A stretch of 64,000 nucleotides of DNA from Phaeosaccion multiseriatum. Its lineage: Eukaryota > Protista > Ochrophyta, other classes. This document shows positions 50,021 to 61,326 of the stretch, one piece after another. The notes under the pieces were generated by a model, which was not told the origin of the DNA, did not search any database, and worked only from the letters and a program-made list of their open reading frames with translations. The stretch is from the NCBI GenBank assembly GCA_965112735.1, contig OZ218951.1:4402001-4466000 (forward strand), given 5' to 3'. The translations under genes were made by a program, and so were the position numbers. Every line of letters begins with the position of its first letter. The stretch's first letter is position 1.

Positions 50021-53000
50021 CCCTAAACCGCAAATTTAAGACCCACTAAAGTGGGTCTACAACTTTGGAGGCCCAAAAGCAGGTGATCCCGTCGGAGATG
50101 ACCCATGCATCTCTCGTACAAAATGAAAGATCAAGATGTCCTTAGTCGGTATAGAAAGTTGTGCGGGTAACGGGGGACGAGAAGAGGCCATTTGGGATGA
50201 AGGAAAATGCTCAGTCAAAATTGTGGCTAAGACCCACTTTAATGGGTCTTAGCGGCTAAGACCCACTAAAGTGGGTCTTAGCGGGTGGGTTTCTAGGGGC
50301 TGTATATGAGTATTGGTGCCCTCCCAGAGGCCCTAGTGTGGCTCACGGGAGCGGTGAGAAGTGTTCGTAACATACAAGACCGCTCCCCTCCACCCCCATG
50401 GTCACATCACAACAAATGGCGTGCACAGGTGCACCACACGTCTTGCACTTGTGGTTTCTCTCTTCCACCATGGGCATACGGCACGCTTGCCCGCCACCTG
50501 CGGCCGCACACGCGTGTGGCCCTCCCGTTGTACATGCTCCTCCACCTCCACTCTTGTTCCCCCTTCGTGCTGGCCCGGCTCTGCTGTGCGGTCGTCGCGA
50601 GCTCGTCATTCGAATCCTCCCTGAAGTACTCGTGCGAGAGCGTCGCGGCCTCCTTCTGCCGCCGCCGTGGCTGTCTCGAACTCGCCTTCTTCCCTACATG
50701 CCGACCAGCAACCCCCTCTGCTGGCTGCTTTGCCACCACTGCTCCTTCCGCTGCGGCGCTCATGCCGCTGGACCCGACTCTACTGCTGCCCCTCGGCGGA
50801 TGCGCTCTGTCGCGTGATGCCGCTGCCGCCCCTGCACCGTCTCCTCCCCTCCCGCGCCTCTCATCTCCTCCCGCAGAGTCTCTCCTCCTCGTCCCCTGAG
50901 CCTTGCTTGTTCCGTCCGCCCCCCTTCTTCCTTCTCCACCACTACCACTGCAATTGCTCGAGACAGATCCGCCGTCCCCCCCTCCTGCGTAGTCTTCTCC
51001 TCCGCGACCACCAGTGCGTCCTCCGCTGCCCCCTCCTAAGCGGCGGTGGGCAAGCGCGTGATGGTGGGGGCTTCCTCCAGTGCCACTGTCCCCCCCCCCG
51101 ACGTCGTCGAGCCGGTATGGCTGTGTCTCCTGGGCGCCCCCACCTGTGCCCTCCCTCCCTGACCTGCGCCTGCCGCAGGAGCGCTGTGCCGTCGGTTGGC
51201 TCCTCCTCCGCCTCCTCCTCCACTCGCTCCACCCACCCGCTTTTCCCTGAAGTAGTAGAGTGCCCTCTCTGGACGGCACATCCCGCAGCTCCAGCGAGTC
51301 GCTTGCGGGTGTGCCATCTCCGGAAGCAGGCCTCCTCTCCTTTGGAGTTAGAGACGCAGAGGTACACTCGACATGTGGGACAGCGATACCAAGACCGTTG
51401 TTCTTGGCAGTACTGGCTGGCAACGAGGACTCTGCTTGGGCACGCCGTCCGCCCCCGCCCTGTGCGACATGCTCTGCGGGATGTGGTCGAGGGAGCGGTT
51501 GAGTCTGAATGCACAGCCTTCTCCGCCCTCGTCGAAGTACGGTATCCTGTACCTCACAGGAGGGGCACAGATGCGCGAGTCCCGCGGCACCCTTCCAACC
51601 GAGCGGCCCGCCTTCCTCGAGCTGCTGTTATCCTCCTCATTGACTGCTGACTGAGCAACACCCTGCTGCCTACCCCCTGCCTTCCCATCCTCTGGACTTG
51701 GCGTGCCTTCCTGAGCTTCCTCCAACAGCTGGAACCCCGCGGCGTAGGCGAAGTCCGCCAGGCTGCAGACTCTGTTGAGCTGACGGCGGTGTCCATTCAT
51801 CCCACGGTATTGGCCTTTTTGGAGATGCTCAGCGCCGACCTTACGCATGCGGAAGGCGAGGAAGGCGTTGGTGCTGAGGCTCTGCAGTATCGAAAGCACC
51901 ACTCTCTGCTGCCACGTTGCGCGTTGGTTCTCCTTCGTTATCACTTGACGATATTGCGTGTGGCCGTCCACCCCTCCCCTTTGTCCGGGAGTACACAAGA
52001 CTTCTTGTACGCCGTACGCTCGAACTCGCCAACCAAGCTCGTAAGATCGCGTGCGCCTACCCAGGCGCCCTGCTTGGACACCGCCAGACGAAAGGAAGGG
52101 TGAAGAGGGGAGGAGGGGGAGAGGAGTGTGGGTGTTGGGCGCGTGGTTGGGGCGGTGGACGGCAGCAGGCACGGACTGGCTGTATATGAAGTCCCAACAA
52201 CCAGTGGTCGTCGGGTAACACTGACTACGGCTGTTCTACTACAACCTCCCACGCGCACCATCCTTCCTACTCACCTGATGGTCCTGCAGCGGCATGGGAG
52301 AGTACGGCAGGAGGTACCCCATGATCTCATTGAATCGGTCCACTGTAAGGGGCGTCAGGCCCAAGCGCTCCATTATGTCCACGTCCATCTTGAGTGACTT
52401 GCTGCTCGTAGACGTAATCAGGAACATCCCCATCCACTGCTCCATCTCCTTTGTCGTCACGTCCGCCCTTTCCTTCGGCCCCTCGCCCGTCCTCCCCCCT
52501 GCTGCCTCCGAGTCGTTTAAGTGAATACTTTCGTTCGCCCACTCCCTCAGGAGACGCACCGCATCGCCGACAAAGAAGCGAATAGCGTCCGCCTCCGAGG
52601 ATGATAAAATCTTTGCCCGCATGTAAATCCTGAGTTTGTTCACGACACTGGCAGAGACCAACCTATACCTCTCTTCGATGAAGTCTTCCCCAACACTTAC
52701 CCCCTGGAGCTGCAGATTGAATTTCGTGCCAGCACGGCCAGGCTTCACGAGTCTTTTCCATCCATGCGCCGGGCCCTTCTCCTCTGCCCAACCATCGGCC
52801 AGCCCTTGCCTCCGCGTCGCTCCTCGCCCTCGCCCAGCTGCTGCCACTCCACCTCCTCTGCCTCGTCCTCCTCGGCCTCTTCCTCTGCTCGATCCGGGGC
52901 CTTGTAACCCTCCGGCGAAGACTGGGCCATTGGTCCCTAAGCCCCCATTCGGTTGACCACTTCCTGCCCCCCGTTCTGTGCTCATGTTCACACCACCTCC

Positions 53001-53823
53001 TCCTCCTCTTCCCTTCCCTCCTGCGCCTCTACTACTTCCCGCCAAATTCGCGACGCTAGCAGGCGCCGCAGATGGTGCGATACCAGTCGCACTGCCACTT
53101 GCACTGTCCTGCCTAAGGTGATGGCCAGACAGACGCTGCAGTGTGTCGCTCCAGTTCTCCTTGTCTGTGAGCTGCATTCCCGTATCAGCACCAGAGTCAA
53201 AGAACCGTGGGCCGCCTGCTGCCGAGGCCACCCCCCCGCCGAGTTGAGCTGAGACTGGTGGTGCGGCTCCTTCTTTCCCCGCCATCTTCGTCGGCGTACT
53301 CGCTGTCATAGTACCGTCTACTTTGGGGTTAGCTGCACACGCCGACACACTCATTCTTCTCTTGCTCTGGTCTCCCCCCTGTCCTGGTTGCCGCGGTTCT
53401 GCTGACCCACTATCGGCCACATTTCCATCCTTAAACCTGGAATTCTCCTTCCGTTTCCTCTGTCCCCTCCTTATGTGTGACGGCGAAGGCTCCTGAGCCA
53501 TCTTGCGCTGCTGTGTGCCCGTCTGCATGGCATTTGCCGACCTCTCCGTGAAGACGCGGGAAGGAGCTATGCCCGGAGCGGAACGAGCGTATGTGCTACA
53601 ATCGGTGTCTTCACCAGCCGAAGCTCTCGCAGAAGTTACAGAGTGATCTTGACTACCTTCTGTAAAGAGCTGGAGTGTTGATACGTCTGCAACAAGGAGA
53701 GAGATGCCCTGAAACAAGAGGCAAAAAAAGGCGCTAAGACCCACTTTAGTGGGTCTTAAAATTAATTTTCCCGAAAGTCGATGACCTCTAAAACCCACTT
53801 GCGGAGGTTTTCGCGGTTTAGGG
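50021..53823 (-). mobile_element. piggyBac-like DNA transposon, internally deleted/non-autonomous, ATAT target-site duplication
   Basis: TIRs ccctaaaccgc / gcggtttaggg flanked by ATAT on both sides. Subterminal palindromes agacccactaaagtgggtct at ~50039, 50230, 50259 and 53737. Minus-strand transposase pieces: DVTTKEMEQWMGMFL...DRFNEIM, GGVDGHTQ...WQQRVV...NAFLAF, and Cys-rich C-x2-C...CPTCRVYLC...CFRRWH. Confidence 0.88.
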
Positions 53824-54026
53824 ATATCCCCCTCTCTATTTTTTCGCTAATTCAAACCTCCCTTTCCCGGTCTTGTCACCCAAGGGTACTTAAAGTAAGT
53901 GTTACCTCTTCAATTTCATTTTCATTCCGAAATTCCTGACGGGCAAATATTACAGGAGGGCCCAAGTGGGACGATGCTGAGCTCCGATGCTTAGCCCTCG
54001 GGGTGTACATTCATAGCGAGCCGTAA

Positions 54027-57000
54027 ATGACATGGCTCACAGGGGGAAGGGGGTGGCGGCTTGGTACCCTCACCTTCCTGCGCTTCAGCAACACGAGGGA
54101 CGAGAGGGCCTACCTCGACTTTGCAATGCAGCGGAGGCAGTGGGGAGCCTGGGTGGCCCTCACGTGGTACAACCTTTTGAGCTGGACGTGGTTTTGTGTG
54201 CGCCCGGACCCCGTGAGACAACGGGACCTGTACCTCACCGTAAGTAGAGAGATGGCTGGGGTTGTCGCCTCATGCCCTGATTTGACTTGGGTGCCAACCG
54301 AGAAAAGCAGGCCTCGCTCACTTCTTGCCCCCCTGCCTGCTCTTCCTCTTAGCCACCGCGCTGCCCCTGCCCCTCGCTCCTGTTCTTCCTCCTCGTGCTG
54401 GTCCTGCTGCTGCTGCTGCTGCTCTCTTCCCTTCGTTCGGACCTTGCGTGCCTCTCTCTCTTTCCCCCCCCTCAGGCCCTGCCTGTGATCCTGGGTTTTC
54501 TCATACTCCAAGCCCTGTACACGGGGTCCCTGCGATTGCTTGGTGGGAAGCACGCGATCACTCGCTTCCTTGTGCGCTGGTGGGGCGTCCTATGCTCTGT
54601 CCTCACCTTGGGGTGGACTATTGGCTTCCACATCCAAAAGTGCACAGGCGACGCTCCCTGTTTGGACTTTGCCGCCCCTAGAAGCGCAAACATCTACATA
54701 TTTCTTGTGTTTTGCCTAGAGGTGAGCAACGCAGGTCGGGGGAGGTGGACTACTAGCCTGGGGTGGTGCCTTCTACCTGTTCGGTCGCACTCTACTCGGT
54801 CCTATGCGGTGCGCTCTGCACAAACGAGCAGACAACCAGCACCCACCCCGCGTTACCCCGCCCCCTTTCATCCCCATCCCACCACACCCTGCACACATGC
54901 ATAAGGTTGACCTCCCCTACTTGGTGGTCACTGGGGCGGTCATGGAATACTTCTCAAGCATTCAGTTTATCGACTTCTATCAGCAGTTCGGCGGGGGCGT
55001 ATACAATCTCCTGGACGCGCTTATCTACAAGTGGACCAGCCTTGGACTGAAGCTGGTGCTCGGTATCGTTGTGAGGGTGCGGTGGAGGGCCTACTTTCAT
55101 GCCTACAGCGACAAGTTGCGGCGGTTGGAGAAGACGAGGAAGCTGACGGAGAGGCGGGCTCGCACTCTGCGCTACGCCTGTCACGAGTTTCGAAACGCGC
55201 TGCACTCCTTCACGGCCTCTGTGCATCACTTGCAGAGGCTGTCTTTGCCCTTCCTGGTCTACTCAAAGCAGAAGCACTCCCCACGACTTGCTCTCACTGG
55301 GGCCCTCATTGCGTCACAGCAGAGACAGCAGCAATTGGTGATACAACAGCCGCAGGATCGGCAGGACCTGTCTCCAGCCGCCGGGCCACCACCGCTACCT
55401 CCAGTCAAAAGCCCGCCCGACTCCCCTAGTGGCGGTAGGTGGCGCGGATTCTTCGATTGGGTGCGGGTGCTGGACTCGGCTTCCTCGCAGCTGCTTGACT
55501 TCGTCTCAGACTTGCTGGACACAGACGTACGGAACACTTGGAGTGGTGGAAACGGCGGTGGCGGCGGCGGCGGCGGCGGCGGCGGAGGAGGAGGAGGAGG
55601 AGGAGGAGGAGGAGGAGGAGGAGGAGGAGGAGGAGGAGGAGGAGGAGGAGGAGGAGGAGGAGGAGGAGGAGGAGGAGGAGGAGGAGGAGGAGGAGAGGGA
55701 GGCGGAGGACAACGAGCAGCAGCAGGAGGAGGAGATATGTGCAGGAGCAGCAGAGCCGGCGACCCGTTTGGCAGCCGCAGCTTGGAGGGTGTGCGGGTGC
55801 TGCTGCTCAGTACCGATGACCTCGAGCGAGACATGACTCAGAGCCTGCTCCATGCACTAGAGGTTACCACTTCGGCGTTCAAGAGCAGTGCGGAGGTGCT
55901 GCAGGCTTTCCCTCGGGGACAAGGGTTGGAGGCCGCTTTTGATCTCGTCCTCGTGCATGTGAGCAACAGAGGAGAGGAGAAGCAGCGGCGAGAGCAAGAA
56001 CAAGAAAGAGAAGGGCGGGTGCTGTCTTCTGAGCAGCAGCAGGCTGAGCAGGAGCAGGCGGTGGCCATGGAAGGAGAGATTGGGCTTTGTAGGCAACTAC
56101 GCAGCTGGGGAATGAGGCGCATTCCCGTCGTGGCCGCCACTCTCCGGGCAGGGAGGAGGAGGGAGGGGGTCTTCATCACCGACGAGGCCTTCTCTGCCGT
56201 GCTGGAGAAGCCCTACTCCCTGCAGCTGCTCCAGCAGTGCATACGCAAGCAACTCTACTTGGCGAACGGACAGGGGGTGTCAGGACAAGGGGCTGCAGTG
56301 GCGGTGTTGTCGGTACCTGCTCCTGCCACATCCTCGTCTTTGTCCGCAATGGAGAGGGAGGAGGGGCTGCAGTCCGCTGGTGAGGATGATCAAATGGAGA
56401 GGGGAAGCATCGAGGTGGGCTTGCGGTCGTCTCCCCTTCGTGCTGTGCAGCAGAGGAGCGATGTAGATGGGGGTGGAGGGGGGGAGGTACTGTATCAGGA
56501 GTCGCCTTTGCATCCGCCAGAGCGGCAGGAGGAGAGGAAGGAGGAAGAGTGGCAGGCGAAGCAGGGGGCAGGGAGCATACCAGCGAAGGGGGGTAGCGTC
56601 GGCGGGAGAGGCGGCAAGGGCTGGGGAAGGCGTCGTCTTGTCAGGACCGCCACAAGGGTATGCGGCGTGCTGCTGGGGTTTGTATTCCCCTCCGACGAGG
56701 AAGATAGATACTTGGTGTGGCTTCACTTGCAATCACAAGCCATCATCCCGGTCGTCCTGGTGCTGCTCAACGCCAACGCGTGGTGGCCCTTTGTGTACCA
56801 ACGGCTCTACAACGGCGGTGCGAAGTACGACTACCGAGGGAACTTCATTGAAGGGCCGGCCGTGGCCTTCGCGGCCGTGCTCTATCTCTGTGCAAGGTAG
56901 GTGGTGGTGTGTATGTGTGTCTTTGTGTGTGTGCGTGCGAGTGCATGTGTGCATGTGTGCGTGTGTGAATATGTATGTAAGTGTAACCCCCCGCCCCGCC

Positions 57001-60000
57001 TTCCCCTCCCCCCCCCCACCCTGTTGAACGAAAACTAAAACCTAACAGAATATTCCTGTCGCCGACGGCGGAGGGAGAGAAGCTCGGGCGGGCCGACAAG
57101 CGTTGGCGTCTTCGCCTCTACTTCCTGCGCTGCTGGAGCTGGAGTCTTGCAAGTGCCTTTATCCTCTCGGCCTGGGGGAATCAGACGTACTATTGCGACT
57201 ACGACCAGCCCAGCTCCGCCGAGTGTTTGAAGACCTCCCAGGGGTCGAGATTCATGCTCTATAGTGCCATTGGCTTGTCCATGAACACTTCTTCGTTCCT
57301 TGCAACGGCCTTCGCAAGGGATTATCTGTTTCAAGACCTCACCTTCAACACCACATTAAACTTCTTCCCAAACCATGACAAGTAAGCTTTGGCTTGGAAA
57401 TCCCCTCTGTCTCCCTCTCACCCTCCACCCCACCCACCCCCCCTTTCTCGGCTTCTCTCTCTTGCCCCCCCCTTCCTCGTTCTATTTGCCCCACCCATCA
57501 CTCTTTGGGCTTTTTGTCTCATCCCCCCCTCCCCCCCGCCGCTACACGATGTCGTTATTCTCTGTCCCCTATCCCCATACGACTGTGCATATACTTGCGT
57601 GCGTGTGCGACGGTAGGCTACGCTTCACGTACAACATGTTGACCTCGTCGGTCCTGTCGGTAATCATCATGGTGGGGTGGGAGTGGCTGCAAAGATCACT
57701 CTTTAGGGAGCATGAGGAGCAGCAGCGGGCCCTTCAGCTTGAAACGGCCGCCACAGAAAGGCAAGTGCGTAGTACAGCAGTGAGCGAACGATTCTACAGC
57801 CATTAGACCTCTAACGATCTATAGCGTTAGACCTCTCCTCCAATCCTAACCTTTTCCCTAGCTACCCCACTCCAAACTCATTCCTATCTCACGGACCTAG
57901 TCGCACCCTCCCCACACCCTCAGGACGCGTGACGCCGTGCAAACAATCTGCCACAAAGTACGCAACCCGCTCCACGCCATCACCACCGCCCTCGGAGCTC
58001 TCTCCTCCTGGGCAGAGGAGAGCAGCGGCATCGCCAGGCACACTGCCGCACTGAAGACCAATCGAGAGTCTCAAGAGACCAGTGCGGGTGCCAGTGAGAT
58101 GGCCCGTGCGGAGGAGGAGGAGCGGACCTGCGCCGAGGCGTTTGTGTGGGTTGAGCGCATTCGCATATCTACCAAGCAACTGGTGCGTGTGTGTATGTAT
58201 GTATGTATGTGTGCGTGTTCTCCCTCTGTCTCTCCCTGTGTCCCGCTCCCTCTCTCCCTCCCTCCTTCAGTCGAAGCACGGACTTGACACCCCCTCCTTC
58301 CCACCTCGCCTCCCCAATGCGCCACAACACACCCACCCAAAGGTGATGTTAAGTGTAGATGTCCTGGACGCCAAGGCCATTGAGGAAGGGATGGTGCTTC
58401 AATCGCTGTCAACTGTGTGCCTGAAAGACTTCTTCGACCGAATCGCGAGTCAGCACTGCGGCATGAACACGTCCATCACTTTTCAGTGCCACATCGCTGA
58501 CGATTTGCCCCCGACTTTGATGCTCGACGACAAAAGAGTCATGCAGGTGCGTGCATGTGCGTGCGTGTGTGCGTGGGTGCGTGTGTGTGCAAAACTTTTG
58601 GCAGGAGCAGGACCAGAGAGCAGTAGCAAGGAGCAGTAGCTGGGAGGAGTAACAACAGCCAGTAGTTGCAGTACAGCAGAGGACAGCAGCAGTTGGTTGC
58701 ATGCACGTATCCGCCAAGTGTGGGGTGTTGCGGTAGGCTGCGTGTGCGTCTGTCTCATTTCCCTCCCCCTCCCCTCGGGCCACGTAAGGTTGTGTCTTGT
58801 ACAGGTCTTGTACCCCCTCCGACAGTTTTCAGTGAAGTGAAGTGCAAGTGGGCCCGCTCGTTTGCTCACTTGCTTGCCTCCCCCTCTTGTTGCTCTTGCT
58901 TGCTGTTGCTTGCTTGCTTGCTTGATTGCTTCTTCTTGGTTGCTTGCCTCTCGTCCACCCTTCACGACACGACAAGCAGGTGTGCGCCAACGGCATCACC
59001 AACGGCGTCAAGGCCATAGCCACCAGGGAGTACCGAACCCTCGACCAAGCCTCCCACCCGGCGGCAAGGGCCGGGGGCGGGCAAGAGGGGCAAGAGGCGT
59101 CGTTGCCCTTCGATCCGAGCATCACTATCCAAGTGACGCGCGACAACAGCGGGCGGGGCGAAGGAGGTGGGGAGGCGCTTGAGGCAGGGACAGGGACAGG
59201 GACAGGGGCAGGGGAAGGGACCACTGCTATCGATGTTGATGCTTCAACTCACGAGCCTCCTGACAGCGGGGAATGCCAGAGCGGCAGCAACGCTCGTGGC
59301 AGTCTTGCCACTGCTCCTGCTTCTCGTCCATCTTCTTCTCCGCCCTTCAGTCTACGCATTAGCATCGTCGACAACGGCACTGGGTTGGAGGGTGTTGACA
59401 AGAGCGACAAGGAGGCGGAAGGACAAGAGGGGACTCGCCGCAGCTTTGGTTTCGAACGTGCTCGCAGATCCCTTCGGTCCCGCCGCCACCCGGACGAGTC
59501 TACCTCCATGTCCACCGGGGGCGCGGGGCGGGGCTCCTCGTGGCTCCACCGTATCTTCACGCGCACCGCCGCTGCAACCGCAAGTGTGCGTGGGAGCCCC
59601 GCTCCAGGCGGAGACCACCACACGGCGCAAGGCGAGGACCATCCTTCTTCTGACGATGGAAGTAGGCAGAGCGCCATCACAGGCGGGGGCGGCGAGAGGG
59701 GCACAAGCGGGAGGGAGACGGGGACTGACGAGGCGACTATAAACAGCGGGAGTGACGAGGCGCGACGGAGAAGAGCAGGAGGGGGTGGGGGTGGGGGGTC
59801 GTTTTGGTCAATTGATGGGGGCACTACGAGCAGCGGTGGCAGTGGCGGAGAGACCCTAAGCAACAGCAGCAGCAGCAACAACAACAACAACAACAGCAAC
59901 AACAACAACAGCAACAACAACAACACCAACAACAGCGACAGCGACAACCAGAGCGACAGCGACAGCGAAGACAAACAGCGGTTGTCCACAAGGACTACCT

Positions 60001-60911
60001 CACCACGGCCCTCCGCCGTCCTCCGCAGCTCAGGCATCGGCCTGGACATCAGCGAGGCCATGTGTAGGGGTATGGGCGGGAGCCTGGCCCTATGGAACCG
60101 CACGGACGGGCAGAGCGGGACAGTTTTCTCCTTCACGACTGTGGTTCAGATGGCGACTACGATACCAAGGACCATGATCACCATGACTGAGGAGGAGGAG
60201 GAGGAGGAGGAGGAGGAGGGGGAGGAGGAGGGTAAGCGCAAGAGCAAGAACCAGCAGCAGCAGCAGCAGCAGGGGGGAGACGGTAGTAGAGCAATAGAAG
60301 AGGGGCGAATGGCGGCGGTGGGGGGGGGTGGGGGGCCCTCTCTGGCGGAGCTTCGCGTGCTGTTTGTGGACGATGACCTCCTCAATCACTACGTGGGGCA
60401 GGCCATGCTCGAGGCCCTGGGGGTGCACAAGGTGAGTTTCAGTTTGTGTAGTGTTTGACCCGTCAGTTGCCATCTACCACCGTTTGTATTTGCGCCTGCT
60501 CCTGACAGTATTGTTACGTGTTACGAACAATGGAGTCTTGTGTTATGTTGCCCCCCCGACAGTATTGTTACTAATAGTGGAGTGTTGTGATGCGCTGATG
60601 AAAAGGTGACCATGCTGGAGGATGGGAGGGAGGTGCTGCAACACTACCCGGGGCGGCTGTTGGACGAGTTGTTCGATGTGGTGCTCATGGACAACCGGAT
60701 GCAATTCAGCACCGGCAGTGAGATTGCAAGCGAGCTAAGGAGCCGCGAGGGTGGTGTGCGCCTCCCCATCATAGCCATGACGGCGGACGAGGGCATAACA
60801 CAAAGGACGGCAGCGGAGATGGGCTTCTCGGGCGTGCTGGCCAAGCCCTTTGAAGTGGAGCAGCTCCGGGACATGCTGTGCAGCCAGTGTCGCATAACCT
60901 CAGGAGCATAG
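54027..60911 (+). CDS. Membrane hybrid histidine kinase with duplicated architecture: 6TM-DHp-polyG-pseudoREC-6TM-DHp-HATPase-REC
   Basis: Approximate exons 54027-54239, 54476-54721, 54907-56897, 57048-57380, 57617-57760, 57924-58182, 58343-58546, 58980-60431, 60606-60911. H-boxes CHEFRNALH and CHKVRNPLH; N-box QVCANGITNGVK; G1 VDNGTG; G2 GIGLDISEAMCRGMGG; REC VLFVDDD...DVVLMD...IIAMTA...KPF. Confidence 0.85.
55553..55700 (+). repeat. (GGC)n(GGA)n coding microsatellite encoding ~47 Gly
   Basis: In frame within HK exon 3, between DHp1 and REC1. Confidence 0.95.
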
Positions 60912-61326
60912 AAAGAGAGTAGAGCCAAGCCGCAAGGCATGCCTGGGGCTGACGCTATTGTTACGTCGAGGGGGTCTATTTTAGCTACGGGCTCCGGCGA
61001 CGGCTCAATGAACTGCATTTTTTTGCATTTAAAAAATGTAAAGGTAAATTAAAATGAAGAAAGGCCCTAACTGTGTATCCCCCATCCCACTCCCTCCCCG
61101 CTCCCCGAGATTTACTTTGCCGCAAAGAGAGAGATGCGACCCCCCCCCCCCCCATGCATGCCTCTCGTCCTCTCCTCCCCGGCTCCTTCACACCCTCGTG
61201 TGCTCCCTTCTCCGCCGCTCCCCCACGTGCCCGACTAACTGACCCCCCCCCCCCTATTATGTTGGTGCATGTGTATGTCTCTTCCTTCCCTGGCTTTCTA
61301 TCGAGCAGAGAAGAGTAGAGTAAAAT

